From Microbacteriaceae bacterium (lineage in GTDB: Bacteria > Actinomycetota > Actinomycetes > Actinomycetales > Microbacteriaceae): a stretch of 44,344 bases of DNA. Within the stretch, counting starts at the first letter, position 1, and each line of letters starts with the position of its first letter. The translations under genes were made by a program, and so were the position numbers. The stretch spans positions 1-44,344 of the forward strand of contig JAYTXO010000036.1 in NCBI GenBank assembly GCA_043742905.1, written 5' to 3'. Positions 26,603 through 35,231 of the stretch are shown piece by piece. Under the pieces are notes generated by a model. It saw only the letters and a list, made by a program, of their open reading frames with translations, had not been told where the DNA came from and searched no databases.

Positions 26603-26726
26603 GTCACACCTTTACTTGGATCAGGAGGGGGATTCCTAGCCGCTCCGCACCAGCATCGGATCAACGCTGGTGCTGTCCTAACGGTGGCGTGCGCCTAATG
26701 TGCACCATGGGGGCGTCGTCGGGCAA
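26603..26726 (-). promoter_or_regulatory. Predicted promoter plus ~88-nt structured 5' leader of the nucleoside hydrolase-ECF operon
   Basis: TTGCCC (26721-26726)-N18-CACATT (26697-26702). The leader has a perfect 8-bp stem GCACCAGC/GCUGGUGC inside an outer CCGUU/AGCGG stem, and a second AGGA/UCCU hairpin before the AAGGUG RBS. Confidence 0.45.
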
Positions 26727-26755
26727 GAGGGCACGGGGGTGAGTCGCCATCCGAA

Positions 26756-27958
26756 TCACCCCGGATTCAGTGCGATCCGGCGGCTGTCGGTCACGATCAC
26801 GAACACGACGCCAGCCAACATGACCGCGAACTCGGCCCACGGCAGCACAGCGATCCCGAAGCGGTCGAGCAGCACGCCGCCGATGAAAGCGCCAGCGCCG
26901 ATGGAGAAGTTGAAGGAGATCGTGGTCCACGATGCCGCGACGTCGCGCACACGCAGGGACGCAGCGTGCATCATCCGAGTCTGCAGCAGGGGCAAGATGC
27001 CGCCGAACGCGACGCCCCAGATCATCATGGTGGCGATCACGGCGGGGAGCGGGATGGTGTCCCCGCCGGCGCCCAGCACCGCAATCGCGCCCAGCAACGC
27101 CAGCGCCATCAGCATCATCGCGCCGCGCGGGAAGCGGTCGCCGAAGAGCCCCGCAAGCAAGAGGCCGACCGCGCCGGCGGCACCGTAGCCGAAGAGGAGC
27201 GCGCTGATGCCACCCGACGGGATGCCCGGCACCTGGATGGACCACGGAACGATGTAGGTGTAGAAGCTGTTTTGGCCGAGGTTGAAGAGAATGATCGAGA
27301 CGCTGACGATCACAACCGCGGGCACGGTCTTGTCGCGACGGAGCGGCAGCGCGATCTCTCCGGTGGCGAGCGGCACTTTATGCGAGACCGGCGGCAGCGC
27401 GACCACGGTCAACGCCAAAAACACCAGGATGACACACGCGAGCACGAGGAACCCCACACGCCAGCCGAGCGCGTGTCCGAGTGCGGTGCCGAGCGGGACG
27501 CCGAGCACGAACGCCGCCGAGCCTCCTGCCGCGGTGACCGCGATCGCCCGCGACAGCTGATGGCGTGGCACGATCCGGGCGGCGTAGGGGCCGGTGACCG
27601 ACCAGAACAGTCCATGCGCGAGGCCGCCGAGGACACGCGCGCCGGCGAGAAAGGCGTAGTTCGGTGAGATGGCCGCGAGAACGGTCGCGATCGCGAGAAC
27701 GGCGAGCATCGCGACCATTAACGGCTTGCGAGAGAACCGGTGGGTCAGGGCAGCGAGCGGCGCAGCGCTGACGACCACGGTCAGCGCAAAGACAGTCACC
27801 AGCAGGCCGACCTGGGACTCGGAGACCTTCAGCTCGGCGGCGATATCGGGCAGCAGGCCGGTCGGCAGAAACTCGCTAGACACCGACGCGAAGATTGCGC
27901 CCGAGATGACCAAGAGGCGGAACAGCGGAAAACGCTGTCGAGTTGCCGCCGAAGTCAT
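26756..27958 (-). CDS. MFS transporter (DHA1/AraJ-like)
   Basis: SSEFLPTGLLPDIA, RFSRKPL, ARVLGGLAHG and LGVPLGT motifs with about 12 TM. Start at ATG 27958 with TAGGCT -10 at 27967-27972. The 578-aa ORF call is over-extended. Confidence 0.9.
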   Translation of the reverse strand: MTSAATRQRFPLFRLLVISGAIFASVSSEFLPTGLLPDIAAELKVSESQVGLLVTVFALTVVVSAAPLAALTHRFSRKPLMVAMLAVLAIATVLAAISPNYAFLAGARVLGGLAHGLFWSVTGPYAARIVPRHQLSRAIAVTAAGGSAAFVLGVPLGTALGHALGWRVGFLVLACVILVFLALTVVALPPVSHKVPLATGEIALPLRRDKTVPAVVIVSVSIILFNLGQNSFYTYIVPWSIQVPGIPSGGISALLFGYGAAGAVGLLLAGLFGDRFPRGAMMLMALALLGAIAVLGAGGDTIPLPAVIATMMIWGVAFGGILPLLQTRMMHAASLRVRDVAASWTTISFNFSIGAGAFIGGVLLDRFGIAVLPWAEFAVMLAGVVFVIVTDSRRIALNPG

Positions 27959-27986
27959 GATTATCGAGCCTACCGAGCCATCGGCC

Positions 27987-28156
27987 TCACCCCGGATGCA
28001 GCGCGATCCGTCGCCAATCCGTCCCGACGACGAAGACGATCCCCTGAGCACGAGCGCGACCTCGGCCAACGGGAGCACCTGGAGCCCCAAGCCGTCCCGA
28101 AGCATCCCGCCAAGGAGCGCTCCTCGCCCGATCGCGGTGTTGAACGCGATGGTGAG
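27987..28156 (-). pseudogene. 3'-end relic of a tandem MFS paralogue
   Basis: LTIAFNTAIGRGALLGGMLRDGLGLQVLPLAEVALVL/(frameshift)GIVFVVGTDWRRIALHPG* aligns with the intact neighbour's TTISFNFSIGAGAFIGGVLLDRFGIAVLPWAEFAVMLAGVVFVIVTDSRRIALNPG*. Confidence 0.85.
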
Positions 28157-28195
28157 CCGTAGGGGCCGCTCGCCGGGCCCCGATACGCTGACATT

Positions 28196-29053
28196 GTGAC
28201 CTTGACGCCGACCCACTGGATCGTCACTCTCGTCTGCGAGGACCGTCCGGGAATCGTGCACGCCGTCAGCGGCGCGATCGTCGAAGCCCACGGCAACATC
28301 ACCGAGTCTCAGCAGTTCTCGAGCGCCGATACCGGGACCTTCTTCATGCGCCTGCAGATTGAATCGTCGGTGTCGCGAACCGACTTCGAAGCGGCACTCC
28401 TGCCCGTGACCGAGCAATACCAGATGCACTGCCAACTGGACATCGTTGGCCGCCCGATGCGCACGCTCGTGCTCGTCTCCACCGCCGCCCACGCCCTAAA
28501 CGACTTGCTCTTCCGCCAGCGCGCCGGGCAGCTCGCCGTGGATCTCCCGCTCGTGCTCGGCAACCACCCCGACCTCGGCGAACTCGCCGCCTTCTACGGG
28601 GTGCCGTTCGAGGCTCACGCAGTATCCGATCCCGATCAGAAGGCGGCGTTCGAGCGCCGCGTGCTTGAGGTCGTCGACCAGAACGACATCGAGCTGGTGG
28701 TGCTCGCCCGCTACATGCAGATTCTCTCCCCCGAGTTCTGCCACCGGCTCAGCGGCCGAATCATCAACATCCACCACTCATTCCTGCCGGGCTTCAAGGG
28801 AGCGAACCCCTACAAGCAGGCGCACGCGCGCGGCGTGAAACTGATCGGCGCGACCGCGCATTTCGTGACGAGCGAACTGGACGAGGGGCCCATCATCGAA
28901 CAGAACGTGGTGCGCGTGGACCATTCGCGCAGCGCCGCGGAACTCATCGCGATCGGTCAGGACGAGGAGTCGCGCACCCTCACGCAGGCCGTGAAGTGGT
29001 TCTCGGAACACCGGGTGCTGCTCGACGGGGCGCGGACGATCATCTTCAAATGA
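28196..29053 (+). CDS. purU: Formyltetrahydrofolate deformylase
   Basis: ACT domain CEDRPGIV, LARYMQIL, INIHHSFLPGFKGA, GATAHFV and LDEGPIIEQ motifs. TACGCT -10 at 28184-28189. Confidence 0.96.
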   Translation: MTLTPTHWIVTLVCEDRPGIVHAVSGAIVEAHGNITESQQFSSADTGTFFMRLQIESSVSRTDFEAALLPVTEQYQMHCQLDIVGRPMRTLVLVSTAAHALNDLLFRQRAGQLAVDLPLVLGNHPDLGELAAFYGVPFEAHAVSDPDQKAAFERRVLEVVDQNDIELVVLARYMQILSPEFCHRLSGRIINIHHSFLPGFKGANPYKQAHARGVKLIGATAHFVTSELDEGPIIEQNVVRVDHSRSAAELIAIGQDEESRTLTQAVKWFSEHRVLLDGARTIIFK

Positions 29054-30192
29054 GCCTTCTTCTGCATTCTGCGCACCGCATCGACGAGCTCGGCGAGGTG
29101 CAGGACGCCTGGGTGCTGTTCGACGGTGCGATCATCGCGGGGAGGGGCGCGGGTCTCGACTCGGCTCCGGCCGCGGATACGCGCGTCGACTTGGCCGGTG
29201 CGCGCCTAGTGCCCGGCTTCGTAGATCTGCACGGACACGGCGGCGGCGGTCATTCCTACGACGACGGCGGCGCGGAACTCGCGGCCGCGATAGCTGCGCA
29301 CCGTGCCCACGGGACGACGCGCTCGGTGATCAGCCTGGTCGCCAATCCGCTCAACGTGCTGCGCGCCAGGTTGGCGGAGATTGCTCAGCTCGCTGCATCG
29401 GATCCGCTTGTGCTCGGCTCACACCTCGAAGGGCCGTTCCTCGCGCCGGGTCAGCGCGGCGCCCACAATCTCGATTTCCTGATGCTCCCGGATAGTGGCG
29501 CCCTCGACTCACTGCTGGCGGCGGCTGGAGGCACGCTGCGGCAAGTCACGCTCGCGCCCGAACTGCCCGGCGCCCTTGAGCTGATTCCGTCGTTAGTCGC
29601 CTCCGGCATCACGGTCGCGGTCGGGCACACCGAAGCCGACCTCGACACGGCGCGAGCGGCCTTCGATGCGGGAGCTCGGATGCTGACGCACGCCTTCAAT
29701 GCGATGCCCGGCATCCACCACCGCGCGCCTGGTCCGGTGATGGCCGCGCTGGAGGATCCCCGCGTCACGCTGGAGCTGATCCTCGACGGCCAGCACGTGT
29801 ATCCGTCGGTCGCCAAGTTGCTCTTCACGGCCGCGCCAGCTCGGATCGCCCTTATCACCGACGCAATGGCGGCCGCCGGCGCCGCCGACGGCCACTACCG
29901 GCTCGGTTCGCTCAATGTGAGCGTGCGCGACGGGCTTGCAGTGCTGTCGGGCACCTCAACCATCGCCGGATCGACGCTCACCCAGGACGTCGCGCTCCGC
30001 TACGCGATCGACTTCGTCGGCCTGCCCCCCGCGGAGGCTGTCGCTGCACTCACCGTGGTGCCCGCGCGCGCCCTCGGAATCGGTGACCGCTTCGGTCTCC
30101 TCGAACCCGGCTACGCCGCCGACGCCGTCGCTCTCGCCCCGGACGGCTCGGTCAACAGCGTCTGGGCCAACGGCCGCGAGCTCAGCACCTAG
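29050..30192 (+). CDS. nagA: N-acetylglucosamine-6-phosphate deacetylase
   Basis: PGFVDLHGHG, HLEGPF, TLAPE, GHT, THAFNAM, DGQH, ITDAM and IAGS motifs. ATG overlaps the purU stop (ATGA). Confidence 0.92.
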   Translation: MSLLLHSAHRIDELGEVQDAWVLFDGAIIAGRGAGLDSAPAADTRVDLAGARLVPGFVDLHGHGGGGHSYDDGGAELAAAIAAHRAHGTTRSVISLVANPLNVLRARLAEIAQLAASDPLVLGSHLEGPFLAPGQRGAHNLDFLMLPDSGALDSLLAAAGGTLRQVTLAPELPGALELIPSLVASGITVAVGHTEADLDTARAAFDAGARMLTHAFNAMPGIHHRAPGPVMAALEDPRVTLELILDGQHVYPSVAKLLFTAAPARIALITDAMAAAGAADGHYRLGSLNVSVRDGLAVLSGTSTIAGSTLTQDVALRYAIDFVGLPPAEAVAALTVVPARALGIGDRFGLLEPGYAADAVALAPDGSVNSVWANGRELST

Positions 30193-30234
30193 CAGCTTCC
30201 CTCGCCGCACACTGCACCGCGCTTGCCCTCCCCC

Positions 30235-30263
30235 GCCACAGCCTCGTGCCACAGCCTCGTGCC
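30235..30263. repeat. 13-bp tandem duplication GCCACAGCCTCGT
   Basis: Two exact copies plus GCC between the convergent nagA and nagB genes. Confidence 0.8.
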
Positions 30264-30276
30264 GCGGGCCGCGTAA

Positions 30277-31053
30277 CTAGTGGAGTCGCTCGAAGTCGAG
30301 TCGGTTGTCCCAGGCAAAGCGGTAGTAGTCCGCATGCTGCAGCTGCGAGGCGGCAGCTTCGTCGACGACCACGGTAACTTGCGGATGGAGCTGGATCGCT
30401 GATCCGGGCAACGCGGAGGAAACCGGGCCCTCGACGGCGCCCGCGATTGCCGCCGCCTTGAACTCACCGAAGGCGAACAGCAGCAGGTGGCGGGCGCGCA
30501 GGATGGTGCCGAGTCCCTGCGTCAGACAGTGCCGCGGTACCTGCTCGAACGAGTCGAAGAAGCGCGCGTTGTCGAGGCGGGTCTGCTCGGTGAGGGTCTT
30601 CACACGGGTCGCGGATGCGAGCGACGAGCCGGGCTCATTGAAGCCGATATGGCCGGTGCGGCCGATGCCGAGCACCTGCAGATCGACGCCACCGACGGTC
30701 GCGATAGCCGTCTCGTAGCGGGCGCCCGCCCCCTCGACCGAACCGCCGTCGTCACCCGGCACGTGGACGAGCGACGGCGTCAGGCCGAGTGGTTCCACCA
30801 CCTCGCGGGTGATCACGGCGCGGTAGCTCTCGGGGTGTCCCGGCGGGAGGCCGATGTACTCGTCGAGGGCAAAGCCGCGCACCCCGGTCAGATCAAGGTC
30901 GAGAGCCGCGAGCGCGCTCCAAAGATGCAGCGGGGTCGAGCCGGTCGCGAGGCCCAGCACGGCATCCGGTTTCTCGGCGACTAGGCGCGCGACGAACGAC
31001 GCCCCCAACTCACCCGCCTCGGCAGCTGACGCCAGGATCACGACCTCGGCCAT
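30277..31053 (-). CDS. nagB: Glucosamine-6-phosphate deaminase
   Basis: LGLATGSTP, LDEY, LGIGRTGHIGFNEP, DNARFF and TQGLGTI motifs. Start at ATG 31053. Confidence 0.95.
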   Translation of the reverse strand: MAEVVILASAAEAGELGASFVARLVAEKPDAVLGLATGSTPLHLWSALAALDLDLTGVRGFALDEYIGLPPGHPESYRAVITREVVEPLGLTPSLVHVPGDDGGSVEGAGARYETAIATVGGVDLQVLGIGRTGHIGFNEPGSSLASATRVKTLTEQTRLDNARFFDSFEQVPRHCLTQGLGTILRARHLLLFAFGEFKAAAIAGAVEGPVSSALPGSAIQLHPQVTVVVDEAAASQLQHADYYRFAWDNRLDFERLH

Positions 31054-31979
31054 CAGACCACCTCCGGTTCGGGCGCCTCGAGACGTTCGCCGATCAGGGC
31101 CGCCCCGACCGAGGCGACGGGACCGGTGGGTGCCAACCCGACCCGCAACGGTAGCTCCAGCGATGCGAGAAATTGCGAATGCGCCGACCAGTCGCCGAGC
31201 ACGGCGCGGATGGCGCCCAACAGCGGGACGCCGAGCGAGGTGATGCCTCCGCCGATCACGACATCGTCCACGTCGACAGTGAGGACGAGTACGCGAACGG
31301 CGGAGGCAACATTGTCGATGAAGCGCTGGCGCACTTCGATCGCGAGGCCGTCGCCGCGCGCGGCCGCCTCGAAGAGATCCTGAACAGGACGGGGATGCGC
31401 CGTCGGCCACTGGCGGGCGACGGCCGAGCCCGAGGCGACCAACTCAAGGCAGCCGCGCTGCCCGCACACGCAGAGCCCGCCCGCCGGGTCGACCGGGATG
31501 TGCCCGATCTCTCCCGCAGTCCCGCGCGAGCCGCGCCAGAGGCGTCCCGCCAGCACGAGGCCGGCCGCCAGCCCGGTGCCGAGGTTCAGGTAAGCCATCG
31601 AGTGATCCGGACCGTGACCGAGAAGGTGGAAGGCACCGAGCGCCGCGGCGTTCACATCGTTCTCGAGCCGCACCCGCACACCGAGCCGAGCGGTCAACTC
31701 TTCGCCGAGAGAGAGCCCGTTGAGGCCCAGATTTACCGCGTGCGCGACGCGACCGGATGCCGGGTCCACCGCTCCCGGAACCCCGACGCCGATGGCGCCG
31801 AAGTCGCGCGGCTCCACCCCGAGGAGCGCGGCGAGCGCAACGACCGCCTGTACCGTGGACGCGACGACCGCTTCCGCGCCGAATCCGCTCGCCACGCGCA
31901 CGGTGTCGATCACGGCTCCGGCGTCATCGATCGCGACGGCCTCGGTCTTGGTGCCGCCGATGTCCACACCCACTCTCAC
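31053..31979 (-). CDS. ROK-family sugar kinase (putative GlcNAc kinase)
   Basis: GVDIGGTK, ENDVNAAA, LGTG and GEIGH..CVCGQRGCLE motifs. No HTH domain. Confidence 0.88.
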   Translation of the reverse strand: MRVGVDIGGTKTEAVAIDDAGAVIDTVRVASGFGAEAVVASTVQAVVALAALLGVEPRDFGAIGVGVPGAVDPASGRVAHAVNLGLNGLSLGEELTARLGVRVRLENDVNAAALGAFHLLGHGPDHSMAYLNLGTGLAAGLVLAGRLWRGSRGTAGEIGHIPVDPAGGLCVCGQRGCLELVASGSAVARQWPTAHPRPVQDLFEAAARGDGLAIEVRQRFIDNVASAVRVLVLTVDVDDVVIGGGITSLGVPLLGAIRAVLGDWSAHSQFLASLELPLRVGLAPTGPVASVGAALIGERLEAPEPEVV

Positions 31980-33373
31980 GACGAGACCCCCAGCCAGAGG
32001 AGCAGCGCCTCTCCGACGTGGCGAGAGGCTCCGAACGTCGCGACGTCGGCGTATGCCCGGTCTGCTGACGGCCAGCCCATGTCGACGACGAGGGTCCGCG
32101 CATCGCGCGCTCGTGCAGCGTCGATCGTTGCGCGGGTCCACTCCCGGCGGTGGTTGTCGCGCCCGATGATGACAAGCGGCGCTGCGGCGGGTAACTCTTC
32201 GCCTTCCCCGAGGTGGAGGACGCGCGCTCCTGCCGCGGCGGCTCCCCACGGTGCCGGTCCCACGGCGATGTTGGCGACCGTGTCCAACTGCACGAGGATT
32301 CCTCCGCGCGGCGCTTCGACGCCCTGCGTGACGTCGAAGGCCGAAACCGTGCGGGCAAGGTCATACGCGGGCACGCCGTCCGGATCGGTCGGTAACGAAC
32401 CCGCGGCGCCCAACACAGCGATCCTGGCTAGCGCGTCGGCGAGCCGGGCGGGGTCGAGGCGACCGTCCGACAGAGCGGCGGCGATCGCCGCCTCGATCTC
32501 GCCAAGCTGCGCGTCGGTGTTGGCCGTGCCGATGCAGAGCAGGTCGCAGCCGGCGGCGAGCGCGCGGACCGCGGCATCCGGAATTCCGGTGACCCCGCTT
32601 GCGCCGCGCATGTCGAGGGCATCGCTGACAATGACGCCCTCGAAGCCGAGCTCGCCGCGCAGCAGCTCACCGAGGATGCGTGCCGAGAATGTCGCCGGCC
32701 GGTCGTCGAGTTCCGGAAGCAGGATGTGCGAGGTCATGATCGTGGCCGTTCCGGCCGCGATTGCCGCCGCGAACGGCGCCAGTTCGCGGGTGCGCAGCAC
32801 GTCAAGCGGCAGGTCGACCACGGGAACGTCGAGGTGAGAATCCGTCGCGGTGTCGCCGTGACCCGGGAAATGCTTGGCCGAGGCAGCAACCCCCGTTGAT
32901 TGCAGCCCTTCGACCCACGCGGCGGTGTGCCGGGCGACGAGCTCCGCCGAGGCGCCGAAGCTGCGAGTGCCGATCACCGGGTTGTCGTCGGAGGAGTTGA
33001 TGTCGGCGTCCGGCGCGAAGTCGAGCGTGACCCCAACCGCTCGCAACTGCCGCCCGACTCGCTCGGCCACCTGCCGGGTCAGGGCGAGATCGTCGAGGCG
33101 CCCGAGGATCGCCGCACCCGGATACGGCGAGCCGACCGACTGGAACAGCCGTGTCACATCGCCGCCCTCCTCGTCGATCGCGACGATCGCGTTCGGGTTG
33201 GCCGCGCGGATCTCGCCCGTCAGCCGGCGAAGTTGCTGCGGCGACCCGATGTTCGTCGCGAAGAGGCAAACGCCAGCCAGTCCGTCGGCGAGTCGCTCAC
33301 GCAGCCACACCGGCAGGCTCGTCCCCTCGAAGCCGGGCAGCAGGGTGCCGGTGACGGTCAGCTGCCGCGTCAT
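31976..33373 (-). CDS. GH3 beta-N-acetylhexosaminidase (NagZ-like)
   Basis: IDEEGGDVTRL, KHFPGHGDTATDSH (NagZ signature) and VSDALDM motifs. Start at ATG 33373. Confidence 0.92.
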   Translation of the reverse strand: MTRQLTVTGTLLPGFEGTSLPVWLRERLADGLAGVCLFATNIGSPQQLRRLTGEIRAANPNAIVAIDEEGGDVTRLFQSVGSPYPGAAILGRLDDLALTRQVAERVGRQLRAVGVTLDFAPDADINSSDDNPVIGTRSFGASAELVARHTAAWVEGLQSTGVAASAKHFPGHGDTATDSHLDVPVVDLPLDVLRTRELAPFAAAIAAGTATIMTSHILLPELDDRPATFSARILGELLRGELGFEGVIVSDALDMRGASGVTGIPDAAVRALAAGCDLLCIGTANTDAQLGEIEAAIAAALSDGRLDPARLADALARIAVLGAAGSLPTDPDGVPAYDLARTVSAFDVTQGVEAPRGGILVQLDTVANIAVGPAPWGAAAAGARVLHLGEGEELPAAAPLVIIGRDNHRREWTRATIDAARARDARTLVVDMGWPSADRAYADVATFGASRHVGEALLLWLGVSS

Positions 33374-34239
33374 CCCTTCACCGCTCCGCCGACGAGCCCG
33401 CTCGTCATACGCCCTTGCACCAGCAAGAAGAAGATGATTACTGGGATCGCAACCAGCGTCGAAGCGGCCATCACCTGCCCCCAGTCGATCGCCTTCGAGG
33501 CGCTGGACTGGATGAAGCCGCGCAACCACAGCGGCAGAGTCTGGGACCCCTGATCCGGCAACACCACGAGCGCGACAGTGAACTCGTTCCAGGACTGCAG
33601 GAAAGCGTAAACGCCCGACGCCACAAGCCCGGGCGCCAGCAGGGGGAAGGTGATGCGCATGAAAGCCTGCGTGCGGCTGAGGCCGTCAACCATTGCGGCC
33701 TCCTCGAGCTCGGCCGGGATGCCCGCGACGAAACCGCGCAGCATCCAGATCGTGAACGGAACGACCGATGCGATGTACAGGATGCTGATCCCGATGACCG
33801 TGTTCAGCAGGTCCACCGAGGCCATCAGCTTGTACTGCGCGATGAACAACCCCTCGGCGGGGAGCATCTGCACGAACAGGATCGCAAGCACGAATCCGGT
33901 GCGCCCGCGGAACCGGAATCGGCTGATCGCGACTGCCGCGAGGAACGCGAAGAGCAGGCAGACCACGACGACGACGAGCGCGATCAGCACGCTCATGCCG
34001 AGCGCGGGCAGGAACGTGCCGCCCTGGAAGACGCTGGTGAAGTTGTCGAGATTTCCGCCGAACGGGAAGAAGGTCGGCGTGGTCGAGGTGAGGACCACGT
34101 TCGACAGCAGCGAGGAGTTGATCATCCAGTACACGGGGAAGAACCACACCAGTGCGACGACGATCCCCACGATCGAGAGCACGATCCTGCCGGTTGAGTG
34201 GCGCGGTACACGTGTCGAAACAGGCTTCGAGCGGCTCAT
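33370..34239 (-). CDS. Carbohydrate ABC transporter permease (MalG-like)
   Basis: EEAAMVDG EAA loop, SWNEF, and TM pattern. Confidence 0.93.
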   Translation of the reverse strand: MSRSKPVSTRVPRHSTGRIVLSIVGIVVALVWFFPVYWMINSSLLSNVVLTSTTPTFFPFGGNLDNFTSVFQGGTFLPALGMSVLIALVVVVVCLLFAFLAAVAISRFRFRGRTGFVLAILFVQMLPAEGLFIAQYKLMASVDLLNTVIGISILYIASVVPFTIWMLRGFVAGIPAELEEAAMVDGLSRTQAFMRITFPLLAPGLVASGVYAFLQSWNEFTVALVVLPDQGSQTLPLWLRGFIQSSASKAIDWGQVMAASTLVAIPVIIFFLLVQGRMTSGLVGGAVKG

Positions 34240-35153
34240 GTCCGATCCTCCTTCAGCATCGACCGCACGTACGCCGCGCTCAAGGCGATCGTCAGCACGA
34301 GTACGAAAATCGACACCGCCGATGCCGTCCCGAAGTCACTCGACCCCGCGCCTAACTGGTAGATGTAAGTGCCGAGCAAGTTCGTCTCGCTGGCAATGGA
34401 GCCGGCATCCTGAAGCAGCTTGATCTGAGTGAAGACCCGCAGGTCCCAGATCACCTGCAGCAGCAGCACGATTGAGATGATCGGCCGGATGATCGGCACC
34501 GTGATCCGCCAGAAGCGCTGGGCGGGGCTTGCTCCGTCCATCTGTGCGGCCTCGAGCACCTCCTCGGGCACCTGCGTCAGGCCGGCGAAAAGCGAGAACG
34601 CGACAAACGGAACGCTCATCCAGACCACGATGATCCCCGCGACCAGGAAGAAGCTCAGCGGATTCTGCAACCAGTTGTGCTGCCCGAACGGCAGGCCGAC
34701 CGCACTGAGCAGCCAGTTGACGACGCCGCGGCGCCAGTCAAATAGCCAGTTCCAGACCGTCATGGCCGCGACGACGGGCATCGCCCAGGCGAGCAGCAAC
34801 GCGATCTGCAAGACGATGCGCACCACAGCAGGCACCGCGCGCATAAGGAGCGCGAGTAGGGTGCCGACCGCCATCGTGGCGGCTGCCGCGGCGAAGCAGA
34901 AGAGCAGCGAGCGGCCGACGACCGTCCAGAGGTACGGGTCGCTGGCGAGCTTGACGTAGTTGCCGAGCCCGACAAACGGGGCGGGCCGGCCGAACTGCTG
35001 AGCCAGACCAAACTGCTGCAGCGAGGTGATCAGCTGCCAGACAAGCGGATACCCCATGGCCAGTGCGAGCACCGCGACAGTCGGGATGAGCAGGGCGTAC
35101 GCCGTGTAGGAGCGACGACGACGCGGGGTGATGGCTGCGGAAGCGGTGGTCAT
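34236..35153 (-). CDS. Carbohydrate ABC transporter permease (MalF-like)
   Basis: FVGLGNY, EAAQMDGA EAA loop, and TM pattern. Confidence 0.93.
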   Translation of the reverse strand: MTTASAAITPRRRRSYTAYALLIPTVAVLALAMGYPLVWQLITSLQQFGLAQQFGRPAPFVGLGNYVKLASDPYLWTVVGRSLLFCFAAAAATMAVGTLLALLMRAVPAVVRIVLQIALLLAWAMPVVAAMTVWNWLFDWRRGVVNWLLSAVGLPFGQHNWLQNPLSFFLVAGIIVVWMSVPFVAFSLFAGLTQVPEEVLEAAQMDGASPAQRFWRITVPIIRPIISIVLLLQVIWDLRVFTQIKLLQDAGSIASETNLLGTYIYQLGAGSSDFGTASAVSIFVLVLTIALSAAYVRSMLKEDRT

Positions 35154-35181
35154 GGTCGGCTCCTTTCGGCTGTCAGAGGAT

Positions 35182-35219
35182 TCGTGGGGCGCGGTGCCAG
35201 GTGCAACGGCGCCCCACGA
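35182..35219 (-). other. Intercistronic stem-loop after the solute-binding protein gene
   Basis: 11-bp perfect arms TCGTGGGGCGC/GCGCCCCACGA. This is the typical position for an mRNA-stabilising or attenuating hairpin in ABC operons. Confidence 0.7.
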
Positions 35220-35231
35220 GATGGGGAAGTG

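Noticed and set aside
27959-28492. N-terminal extension making a 578-aa MFS protein
   Set aside because: It consists of purU antisense plus the paralogue relic. A -10 box supports the start at 27958.
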